A stretch of DNA of 64,000 bases from an uncultured candidate division Zixibacteria bacterium. Its GTDB lineage: Bacteria > Zixibacteria > MSB-5A5 > UBA10806 > 4484-95. The notes under the pieces were generated by a model. It was not told where the DNA came from and did no database searches. It saw nothing but the letters and a program-made list of their open reading frames with translations. The DNA lies in NCBI GenBank assembly GCA_963668625.2, contig CAXXKA010000001.1, positions 558,701 through 622,700 on the forward strand. The letters run 5' to 3'. Made by a program: the position numbers and the translations under genes. This document shows positions 28,786-36,951 of this stretch, piece after piece (position 1 is the first letter of the stretch; every line of letters begins with the position of its first letter).

Positions 28786-28816
28786 AAAAACCGGCTTAAA
28801 GGGGGCCGGTTTTTTG
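28786..28816 (+). terminator. Rho-independent terminator after pilT
   Basis: AAAAACCGGC-TTAAAGGGG-GCCGGTTTTTTG. Confidence 0.8.
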
Positions 28817-28947
28817 TTGGGGGAAGGGTATAGACGGCGCACGTTTTCGCTTGCCCCCTAATAATAAATGCATTAAGAGGTTGGGCATTCCTGTCCAACC
28901 TCTTAAGTCCTCGTGCCGCAACTGATATGACTGTCAGCAACACCCCT

Positions 28948-28971
28948 CGTTACGAGCGCTGCTTCGTAACG
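28948..28971. repeat. palindromic hairpin of the AAGC-NNN-GCTT core family
   Basis: CGTTACGAGCGCTGCTTCGTAACG. Confidence 0.7.
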
Positions 28972-29013
28972 CCGCTTGATTTAAGCAGTATGGATTATAT
29001 TGCCAACTCAAAC

Positions 29014-29042
29014 CTGGTACCGAAGCGGCGCTTAGGTACCAG
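29014..29042. repeat. palindromic hairpin of the AAGC-NNN-GCTT core family
   Basis: CTGGTACCGAAGCGGCGCTTAGGTACCAG: 8-bp outer stem plus an AAGC/GCTT inner stem. Confidence 0.7.
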
Positions 29043-29103
29043 GGTATAAATATTATAAACTCCTTGTAAGATTTTGATAATATAGTAAATTATAATAATG
29101 AGT

Positions 29104-29358
29104 CACTAGTGTCCGGTGTTTTTCGTTAAATTTTAAATTTCTCCTTGGAATTGTTAATGAAAAATATTTTCAGATATAATTATTTTATTCAGCGTATCAT
29201 TCATCCTGACATATCCTGCCGATGTTAGGCTTGGTTTTCTGGTTTCCAAGCGCTGCTTGGAAACCTTCTTGAATCATGTAGAATGCGCATTCTGCCGGCA
29301 AACAAGCCTCGTTGCGAAGCAGCGCTTCGCAACGAGATGAAAAGACCGGACACTAGTG
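29104..29358 (+). mobile_element. MITE-like non-autonomous element, copy A (255 bp)
   Basis: 14-bp perfect terminal inverted repeats CACTAGTGTCCGGT...ACCGGACACTAGTG. Flanked by the 9-bp direct repeat ATAATGAGT (29095-29103 and 29359-29367). No ORF. Three internal palindromes. Confidence 0.9.
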
Positions 29359-29425
29359 ATAATGAGTCTGTGTTAATTTTAAGGCTATATTGAAAACATT
29401 AATAATCTAAAACTCCGGAGGAGTT

Positions 29426-29905
29426 ATGTCTTATCTTAGATCAGTTTTATCGTTAGCATTAGTTATAATGGTTACATCTTTTGTGTCCGCTACAATTATC
29501 AATATCCCTGATGATTATACTAGTATCCAGGCGGGTATTAACAGCAGCTCTGATGGCGATACTGTACTGGTACAGCCAGGTACTTATGTTGAAAATATTA
29601 ATTTCAACGGGCATAATATTGTGCTGAGCTCGTTGTTTTTGACCACCGGAGATACGAGCTATATTGAGCAGACTGTTATTGATGGAGATTCGGCAGGTTC
29701 GGTGGTCACGATTGAGAGTGGGGAGGATAGTACTACAGTTATCAATGGTTTTACCATAACTAAAGGAAAAGCTCAACTTGGAGGCGGGATATATTGTAAT
29801 AATTCTAGCGCTATTATAACTAATAATTATATCAAATTTAACATTGTCTTAGCTTCCCCCCATTGTTTGGACAGTAATTTAGCTAAAATAAGGTGGAATT
29901 TCTAA
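29426..29905 (+). pseudogene. 5' fragment of a T9SS beta-helix protein gene, interrupted by an IS3-family element
   Basis: Signal peptide plus ATIINIPDDYTSIQAGINSSSDGDTVLVQPGTYVENINFNGHNIVLSS, paralogous to the N-terminus of 14091..15719. The reading frame runs into IS sequence after about 29842-29867 and stops at 29905. Confidence 0.8.
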
Positions 29906-30761
29906 GTATTAGTCCATTATTTTTCTGTTTAATCGATTCCTTTTTTGAATTTAAATTATAAACCTCATAAGGCGTCTTGCCGTTTAAGGCCTGATGGAAA
30001 CGTTCGGTGTTGTAGAATTCGAAATACCTCTTCAAACCGAGGTAAGCCTCCGCCGGCGTCTGGTAATCGTGAAGATAAACCTCCTCGTACTTGACCGATC
30101 TCCACAGACGCTCGACAAAAATATTGTCAAGATACCGACCGCGACCGTCCATGCTGATAGCGATCCGCTTGTCTTGCAGTACACCGGTGAAATCCTTGTC
30201 GGTAAACTGTGTTCCCTGATCGCTGTTGAATATCTCCGGCTGTTTGCCATCCAACGATTCCTCCAATGCCTCCACGCAGAAAGAGCTCTCAAGAGTATTG
30301 GACAAACGCCAGGCAAGAACGTAACGCGAGAACCAATCAATCACTGCCGCCAGATAGAGAAAGCCCCGGCTAAGACGAATATACGTGATATCGGCGCTCC
30401 AGACCTGGTCAACATGATCAATCAGGACATCGCGTAAAAGATACGGATATATCTTGTTAGACGGACAAGGCTTGCTCGTATTTGGTTTAGGGTAAACAGC
30501 TTGAAGACCCATAATCCTCATCAGACGTTCAACCCGCTTGTGATTTATATCATATCCCTGAGACTTTAGACAGAGTGTCATCTTAGGACTGCCGTAAAAC
30601 GGGGTCCTGGTATATTGATCGTCAAGCAGACGCATAAGTGTCAGGTTCAAATCGCTTTCCCCAGTAGGCCGGTAGTAGTAGCTTGAACGGGGAAGCCCCA
30701 AAAGCTGGCACTGACGGCTAATTGAAATGTCCGGGTTTGATCGTTCCACCAGATTCCTCAA
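29883..30761 (-). CDS. IS3-family transposase OrfB (DDE/rve integrase core)
   Basis: HTH_21-like N-terminus (ISISRQCQLLGLPRSSYYY). DDE core with VWSADITYI..., FNSDQGTQFT, and the E in NIFVERLWRSVKYEEVY. Confidence 0.9.
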   Translation of the reverse strand: MRNLVERSNPDISISRQCQLLGLPRSSYYYRPTGESDLNLTLMRLLDDQYTRTPFYGSPKMTLCLKSQGYDINHKRVERLMRIMGLQAVYPKPNTSKPCPSNKIYPYLLRDVLIDHVDQVWSADITYIRLSRGFLYLAAVIDWFSRYVLAWRLSNTLESSFCVEALEESLDGKQPEIFNSDQGTQFTDKDFTGVLQDKRIAISMDGRGRYLDNIFVERLWRSVKYEEVYLHDYQTPAEAYLGLKRYFEFYNTERFHQALNGKTPYEVYNLNSKKESIKQKNNGLILRNSTLF

Positions 30762-30765
30762 ATCC

Positions 30766-31053
30766 TCAGGCGAGACGCCCGCTCCTTTTTTTTAGAAATG
30801 CCAACTCCACCTGAAGCTTACCAATCTCCTGATAGAGAGCATCCATCCTGGCTTGCTCATCCTCCCGCAACTTGGCCTTGCCGTTAGAAAAGGCTTCCGG
30901 GAGAGACTGTAAAGCCTGCTTCTTCCACATACCAACCTGATTAGGGTGTACTTCGTATTCCGAGGCTATCTGATTAACGGTCTTCTGACCGCGAATGGCC
31001 TCTATGGCTACTTTTGCTTTAAGCTCCCCGCTGTATCGACTTCGCTTCATCAA
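30766..31053 (-). CDS. IS3-family transposase OrfA (HTH)
   Basis: YSGELKAKVAIEAIRGQKTVNQIASEYEVHPNQVGMWKKQ plus a leucine-zipper-like tail. Ends just after an A8 slippery run. Confidence 0.9.
   Translation of the reverse strand: MMKRSRYSGELKAKVAIEAIRGQKTVNQIASEYEVHPNQVGMWKKQALQSLPEAFSNGKAKLREDEQARMDALYQEIGKLQVELAFLKKRSGRLA
30786..30793 (-). other. A8 slippery run, probable programmed -1 ribosomal frameshift site joining IS3 orfA to orfB
   Basis: Minus strand reads TTTCTAAAAAAAAGGAGC just before the orfA stop (30766-30768). The A6G/A7 type heptamer is the classical IS3-family frameshift signal. Confidence 0.7.
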
Positions 31054-31110
31054 TTACCCTTTCTGGACATTTCTACTAATTTAATACCACCTTAAACAAT
31101 TGTCCAGTTT

Positions 31111-33129
31111 TTGGGGGAAACCTCAGTCAATGGACGATGGCAAGGCGAGTTTTATTTTTTTGGTAAAGGGGGAGGTATTTATAGTTTAAATTCAAATACA
31201 AAAATAAGAAGTAATATTATTGCAGAAAACTATATTCCAGGATATCCAAATAATGATCCTGAATCGGGGATTGGAATTTATTTGAGAGAATCCAATTCAG
31301 AGATTACAAATAATCTTATTGCAGACAATAAAGCATATAGCTTTGGAGCATTATTTATAGATAATTCAAATGTAAATATGCGTAACTGTACTATAGTTAA
31401 CCATAAATCTTGCGAGGGGATTTATATATGTCGCAGTTCAAGTGCTTACATAAATAACTCAATTATTTTTAATAATAATAGCAGTATATATTTAGAAAAT
31501 AATAGCTCAATTGAAATTACATTTTCCGATATCCAGGGAGGTTGGGAAGGCTTAGGAAATATTGATTTAGATCCAATGATATTGAATCCAGATAATGCTT
31601 CTTACAACTTATGCTTACTTTCACCTTGTATTGATACAGGAGACCCTCAACTAATCGATCCAGATGTGAGTAGATCCGATATAGGGTACTTTTCTTATGA
31701 GCATACTGATTGTAATCTCGTAAATAATTGGTATGTATCTGTAGATGGTATTGATTCTCCTGGAAATGGAACTGAACAAAATCCTTTCAGATCAATTCAA
31801 TATGCCATTAACAAATCAGCATATTATGATACTATAATTGTTGACAATGGAACATATATAGAAAACTTAAGTGTGAATTCTAAGAATGTGTTTATAGCAT
31901 CAAGATACCGCGAATCAGGAGACGAGTTAGATATATTAAATACAATTATCGATGGCGATTCATCTGAATCAGTTGTCACATTCAAATATTGCAATAATGG
32001 CGCTAGTTTGAATGGATTTACAATTACAAATGGTGTTTCTTGTTATGGTGGTGGTATCGAATGTTATGAATCAAGTCCAACAATCGAGCACAATATTGTT
32101 TTTGGAAACTATGCACGGGAAGGAGGCGGAATAAAAGCACTTAGAAATGCAATATTAGAAGACAATATAATTAGAAATAATACTGCAAGTTATCGCGGGG
32201 GGGGCATATTTAGTCTAGGGACAATTTCTATTACTGGTAATTATATAAGTTCTAATGTATCCTTGACCTACAAGGGAGGGGGAATTTACGCAGAAGGACT
32301 AACGGATATTTCATTTAATATTGTGGAAGGAAATGAGGCCGATCAGGGGGGAGGGATCTTCTATTGCAGTTCAAATTCATCCATTAATAACAATCTTATT
32401 AATAATAATATAGCGAATAGTGGCGGAGGAGTATATATTCGATCGGGCAGGCCTCTCCTTACTAATAATACAGTAGTAAATAACTTAAGTAACGGCGGCA
32501 GCGGTATATACTTGGACAATACTAACCCAACGATTATTAATACAATAATCTATTATAATTCCCTATACGTTTATTACTCAGATCCAAACTGCAATTATTG
32601 CGCTATTCAGGGGGGCTGGACCGGCGAGGGCAACATTGATGATGATCCCCTCTTCTGCGATCCAGAAAACGGCGATTTCCACCTCATGGCAACTTACTGC
32701 GGTGATCCTTACGACTCACCCTGTATCGATATGGGTAAGCCATCAATCTTGGATTCATTGTTAGATTGTAGCTGGGGGTTAGGAGGAGAACGCTCTGATA
32801 TGGGGGCTTATAGCGGCGAAGGTGGAACGGTTGATATCGATGATGATACTGGTTTACCACTCCCGCAGCAAACATCCCTCTCCCAGAACTACCCCAACCC
32901 ATTCAACGCTTCAACTATCATCAAATACGAGTTGCCGAAGCAATCACAGGTGACGGTCGATGTTTACGATATTCTCGGCAGGCGGGTGGCCTCGCTTGTT
33001 GATGATGACCAGGTAGCGGGATATCATCAGGTGATATGGAGTGCTGAGGATGTCGCCTCGGGCGTGTATTTCTACAAGATACAGGCCGGGGAGTATATCG
33101 AGACTAAGAAGATGATGCTGGTGAAATAG
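31111..33129 (+). pseudogene. 3' fragment of the IS-interrupted T9SS beta-helix protein gene
   Basis: Continues the GGGIY-type beta-helix turns with two helix modules. C-terminal NYPNPFNASTIIKYEL...VYDILGRRVASLVDDDQVAGYHQVIW...GVYFYKIQ T9SS sorting domain. No signal peptide of its own. Confidence 0.8.
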
Positions 33130-33181
33130 GTGGTGTTTGGCAGCAGACAAGGGGAGCTGTTCAAAAAGTAAGGTTCATGTG

Positions 33182-33216
33182 GCTGGCGGATGTCCTCGTC
33201 CGCCAGCTTTCTTTTG
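33182..33216 (+). terminator. Rho-independent terminator after the interrupted T9SS gene
   Basis: GCTGGCGGA-TGTCCTCG-TCCGCCAGC followed by TTTCTTTTG. Confidence 0.8.
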
Positions 33217-33229
33217 CAGGCATACCAAG

Positions 33230-33253
33230 TTGGGGCACGAGGACGTACCCCAA
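33230..33253. repeat. hairpin of the CGAG(G/A)AC core family
   Basis: TTGGGGCAC-GAGGAC-GTACCCCAA. Same core and same C.A mismatch as 43479..43506, with a different outer stem. Confidence 0.6.
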
Positions 33254-33388
33254 CCACAGGGCTTTTAGGACATCTTCGGGTCTCCGCCGCCACCAAAATT
33301 AAGCATGGGATGAGCTTACAAAGAACATGCTAATTACCTGCAATATCCAAAAAGATCATGATATCTATTATCGCTTAAATACTATTCA

Positions 33389-33418
33389 TTGACATAGCTG
33401 CATCTAATCACTTATTAT
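33389..33418 (+). promoter_or_regulatory. sigma-70-type promoter candidate for accC-gcv operon
   Basis: TTGACA (33389-33394), 18-nt spacer, TATTAT (33413-33418), about 55 nt upstream of accC. Confidence 0.4.
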
Positions 33419-33473
33419 TGATTGTTGTGATCGCGGGAACCTGTAGTTCCCGTATTAATTTAAACACTTGGAG

Positions 33474-34862
33474 ATGTCCGTGTTTAAGAAGATTCTAATA
33501 GCAAACAGGGGCGAGATCGCTTTGCGAATCATTCGCGCCTGCAAGGAACTGGGTATAACCAGTGTAGCGGTTTATAGCGAGGCCGATGCCAACTCGCTGC
33601 ACGTGCGTTTTGCCGATGAGGATGTCTGTATCGGGCCGCCCCCGCCGGGGGAAAGCTATCTCGATGCCAAGCGGGTAATTGCCGCGGCCGAGGTTACCAA
33701 CGCCGATGCCATCCATCCGGGGTATGGCTTTCTAGCCGAAAACGCCGATTTCGCCGAGGTAGTACAATCTTGCGATATGACCTTCATCGGGCCATCCCCG
33801 AAAGTGATACATTCGCTGGGAGATAAATCATTTGCCAAACAAACTATGCGTAATGCCGATGTACCGGTAATTCCCGGTTCGGATGGCATCGTATCCTCCT
33901 ACGAGGAAGCGATCGAGGTCGCTAAAACGATCGGCTACCCGCTGATAATTAAAGCGGCTGCCGGTGGAGGCGGGCGAGGCATGCGTGAGGTTAATGATCC
34001 GGTGAACCTGAAAAAGGCTTTCGATGCCGCCCGCACGGAGGCCAGTGTAGCTTTCGGCAATCCCGATGTTTATATCGAAAAATTCATCGTTAACCCCCGT
34101 CATGTCGAGGTGCAACTGGTTGCCGATAACTTTGGCAACGTAGTCCATCTGGGCGAACGTGATTGTACCATCCAGAGAAGACATCAAAAATTGATAGAGG
34201 AAACCCCCTCGAGCGTAGTGGATGGTGATCTTCGCAAGAGAATGGGCGAAGCGGCCGTACGAGGGGCGAAAGCCGCCGGTTATACCAGCGCCGGGACGGT
34301 GGAATTTTTAGTCGATGTCGACAGAAATTTCTATTTCATGGAGGTTAATACTCGTATACAGGTCGAGCATACGGTGACCGAGGAGGTCACTAATATCGAC
34401 CTGATAAAAGAACAAATCATGGTCGCGGCCGGTGAACCCCTCTCGTTCAAACAAGAGGATGTCAGGTTTTTCGGACATGCCATCGAATGCCGTATCAATT
34501 CTGAAAACACGGCCAAGAATTTCATGCCGACCGCCGGCAAGATAACTACGTTCCACACGCCGGGAGGGCTTGGTGTGCGAGTGGACACCCACGCATACGC
34601 GGGTTACGACATGCCTCCCAATTACGATTCACTGATAGCAAAACTGATTGTCTGGGGCAAGGATCGTTCCGAGGCGCTTCTAAGGATGAGGCGCGCTCTG
34701 GATGAATTTATCGTGGAGGGCGTACCTACTCCGATCGAATTCTATAAGAGCATATTCGAGGATCCACTATTTATTTTCGGCAATTATGACACGTCTTATA
34801 TTGATAGATTCATGGATGGGCTGCTCGCAGAAAGAGCGCCCAAACACGAGGAGGTAAAGTGA
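33474..34862 (+). CDS. accC: acetyl-CoA carboxylase biotin carboxylase subunit
   Basis: [26 protein letters not shown]-grasp [22 protein letters not shown]-type motif ([15 protein letters not shown]). ATG 33474; the track alternative is TTG 33468. Confidence 0.95.
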   Translation: MSVFKKILIANRGEIALRIIRACKELGITSVAVYSEADANSLHVRFADEDVCIGPPPPGESYLDAKRVIAAAEVTNADAIHPGYGFLAENADFAEVVQSCDMTFIGPSPKVIHSLGDKSFAKQTMRNADVPVIPGSDGIVSSYEEAIEVAKTIGYPLIIKAAAGGGGRGMREVNDPVNLKKAFDAARTEASVAFGNPDVYIEKFIVNPRHVEVQLVADNFGNVVHLGERDCTIQRRHQKLIEETPSSVVDGDLRKRMGEAAVRGAKAAGYTSAGTVEFLVDVDRNFYFMEVNTRIQVEHTVTEEVTNIDLIKEQIMVAAGEPLSFKQEDVRFFGHAIECRINSENTAKNFMPTAGKITTFHTPGGLGVRVDTHAYAGYDMPPNYDSLIAKLIVWGKDRSEALLRMRRALDEFIVEGVPTPIEFYKSIFEDPLFIFGNYDTSYIDRFMDGLLAERAPKHEEVK

Positions 34863-35239
34863 TTCCCGACGATTTAAAATATTCGAAAGAGCATGAATGG
34901 GTAAAACTGGATGGTGATATTGTCACGATCGGAATTACCGACTACGCGCAGGGTGAGTTAGGTGATATCGTATTCATCGAGATGCCGGGTGCGGGAGATA
35001 AAATAGAATTCATGCAGCCGTTCGGAACTATCGAGGCGGTAAAAGCCGTATCCGATATGTTCGCTCCGGTTAGCGGCGAGGTTACCGAGATAAACTCGGC
35101 GCTCGAGGCGGATGCCGGTATCGTTAACTCCGATCCTTACGGCGATGGCTGGATTATCAAAGCTAAAATAGATGATAAATCACAGCTTGACCAGCTTCTT
35201 GATGCGAATGCGTATAAGGAGTTGACCGGGCAAAACTGA
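34859..35239 (+). CDS. gcvH: glycine cleavage system protein H
   Basis: YSKEHEWV...[15 protein letters not shown] and lipoyl-lysine motif [10 protein letters not shown]. The GTG start overlaps the accC stop (GTGA). Confidence 0.95.
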   Translation: MIPDDLKYSKEHEWVKLDGDIVTIGITDYAQGELGDIVFIEMPGAGDKIEFMQPFGTIEAVKAVSDMFAPVSGEVTEINSALEADAGIVNSDPYGDGWIIKAKIDDKSQLDQLLDANAYKELTGQN

Positions 35240-36573
35240 TGAGTTACATACCAAATACTGAAGCTGATCTTCAGCAGATGCTGGAAAGTATTGGCGTTGG
35301 CGATTTCGAGGATTTACTTAAAGATATACCAGCATCATTAAGATATCGCCACGACCTGAATATCCCGAAGGCGCTTCCTGAATTCGAGTTGATAAAAACT
35401 ATCACCGCTTTATCCGAGCGGAACGCGAAGTTCGAGGCCTGTTTCGCGGGCGCTGGAGCTTACGACCACTATATACCAATGGTGATAGGCAACATTATCT
35501 CGCGTTCGGAGTTCTTAACCGCTTACACTCCTTACCAGGCCGAGGTGTCCCAGGGCACTCTTCAGGCTATATACGAATTCCAATCGATGATAAGCAGCCT
35601 CACGGGACTTCCGGTTACCAACGCCTCTATGTATGATGGCGCCAGTGCGCTGGCGGAAGCGGCTCTCCTGGCCGTTCGCCATACCCGCAGAAACGAAGTC
35701 CTGGTTGCAGGGACGGTTAATCAGAACTATATCGATACGATCAAAACATATCTCTCGGGTATGGATGTCGTCATTAATATCGTGCCGTTTGTAGATGGCC
35801 TGGTTGATTACAACCATTTACGCGAGAAACTAAACGATAACACTGCCTGCTTTATTATCCAGAGTCCGAATTTTCTGGGTTCGATAGAGAAGGTGGAGGA
35901 TGTCGTTGTCGAGGTGAAAAACAACGGCTCTTTAATGATAATGTCTTACGACCCTATCTCACTGGGCATATTGAAAACACCTGCCGAATACGGCGTTGAT
36001 ATCGCCTGTAGCGACGGCCAGCCGCTTGGTTTGCCATTGGCTTATGGCGGTCCTTATGTCGGGATGTTTTCTGCAACCCAGGAACTTATCCGTAAGATGC
36101 CGGGACGAATCGTGGCTAAAACCACCGATGCGAAAGGCGATACGGGTTATACTTTAACCCTGCAGACTCGCGAGCAGCATATTCGCCGCGAGAAAGCCAC
36201 CTCGAATATCTGTACCAATCAGCAATTGTGCGCGTTGGTGGTATCGATATATCTTTCGGTGATGGGAAAAGCCGGAATAAAACGCGCCGCCGAGCTTTGC
36301 CTCGCTAAAGCGCATTATGCTGCCAGGAAGATTTGCAATCTCCCCGGTTACAAGCTGAGATTCAATACGCCGTTTTTTAAGGAGTTCGTGATTCAAGCGC
36401 CGGTTACTCCGAAAAAAATCATTACCGCGCTGGCTCGTCATGATATATTAGCGGGTGTTGATTTAAGTGAATTCAAGATCGGCCTTAAAGGTTGTTTGAT
36501 GGTTGCCGTAACCGAGAAAATCAGTTACGAGCAAATTGATGAACTGACATTTAGATTATCAAAGGTGAAATAA
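35239..36573 (+). CDS. gcvPA: glycine dehydrogenase (aminomethyl-transferring) subunit 1
   Basis: YIPNTEADLQQML...FLTAYTPYQAEVSQGTLQAIYEFQSMI typical of GcvPA. The ATG overlaps the gcvH stop (TGATG). Confidence 0.95.
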   Translation: MSYIPNTEADLQQMLESIGVGDFEDLLKDIPASLRYRHDLNIPKALPEFELIKTITALSERNAKFEACFAGAGAYDHYIPMVIGNIISRSEFLTAYTPYQAEVSQGTLQAIYEFQSMISSLTGLPVTNASMYDGASALAEAALLAVRHTRRNEVLVAGTVNQNYIDTIKTYLSGMDVVINIVPFVDGLVDYNHLREKLNDNTACFIIQSPNFLGSIEKVEDVVVEVKNNGSLMIMSYDPISLGILKTPAEYGVDIACSDGQPLGLPLAYGGPYVGMFSATQELIRKMPGRIVAKTTDAKGDTGYTLTLQTREQHIRREKATSNICTNQQLCALVVSIYLSVMGKAGIKRAAELCLAKAHYAARKICNLPGYKLRFNTPFFKEFVIQAPVTPKKIITALARHDILAGVDLSEFKIGLKGCLMVAVTEKISYEQIDELTFRLSKVK

Positions 36574-36951
36574 ATGCCATATTGTCCTGAGTGTAAGGGG
36601 GAATACGAGGTTGGTCTGGCAAGCTGCCCTGTTTGTGGATGTGAGCTGGAGGACGATGACGAGAACGAAGAAACCGAAATGTTAAAAGATGAAGTAGAGT
36701 TCCAGGAGGGCGGGAAGCCCGTGTTAATTTACCAGACAAATGAGCCGATGAATATCGAGCTGCTGGAGGAGGCCCTGAAAGACCAGGGTATACCCTGTCT
36801 GGTCAAACAGAACACCGGATCGTTTTCCGGACTCAGTTCGCTGAATGCCGTCTATAAGGACGCTAAAATATTCGTGCCCGAATGGGCTCTGGATAACGCC
36901 CTCGAGGTGGCAGAAACAGTAATCGCAGATTATGAGAGGCCTGATGATTAA
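36574..36951 (+). CDS. zinc-ribbon + DUF2007-like small protein
   Basis: N-terminal CPECKGEY...CPVCGCEL zinc ribbon, acidic linker, then a ~70-aa alpha/beta module (VLIYQTNEPMNIELLEEALKDQGIPCLVK...KIFVPEWALDNALEV) resembling DUF2007. The ATG abuts the gcvPA stop. Confidence 0.7.
   Translation: MPYCPECKGEYEVGLASCPVCGCELEDDDENEETEMLKDEVEFQEGGKPVLIYQTNEPMNIELLEEALKDQGIPCLVKQNTGSFSGLSSLNAVYKDAKIFVPEWALDNALEVAETVIADYERPDD

Larger units (their letters stand above)
29842..31132 (-). mobile_element. IS3-family insertion sequence (orfA/orfB with -1 frameshift site)
   Basis: orfA and orfB as above. Imperfect terminal inverted repeats: 29841-29873 versus the reverse complement of 31101-31133 match at 23 of 33 positions without gaps (my count). 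Inner TGGACA...TGTCCA termini at 29868/31106 are flanked by a direct GTT repeat. The exact ends are ambiguous (see finding). Confidence 0.85.

Noticed and set aside
28761-28943. 60-codon minus-strand ORF in the hairpin-repeat region after pilT
   Set aside because: It runs through the pilT terminator and a palindromic repeat. It has no RBS and a non-protein-like composition.
29865-31109. Clean IS3 insertion model: 3-bp GTT duplication and precise restoration of one ORF
   Set aside because: I first assumed this. Removing 29868-31106 plus one GTT leaves the 5' and 3' fragments one nucleotide out of frame, and the inverted-repeat similarity extends 26 nt beyond these ends. The model is kept only as one of two alternatives.
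33254-33473. Possible glycine riboswitch or other leader upstream of the accC-gcv operon
   Set aside because: Only a promoter-like sequence and one short hairpin (GCGGGAACCTGTAGTTCCCGT) are present. I could not draw the tandem aptamer structure. A covariance-model scan would be needed to exclude it formally.
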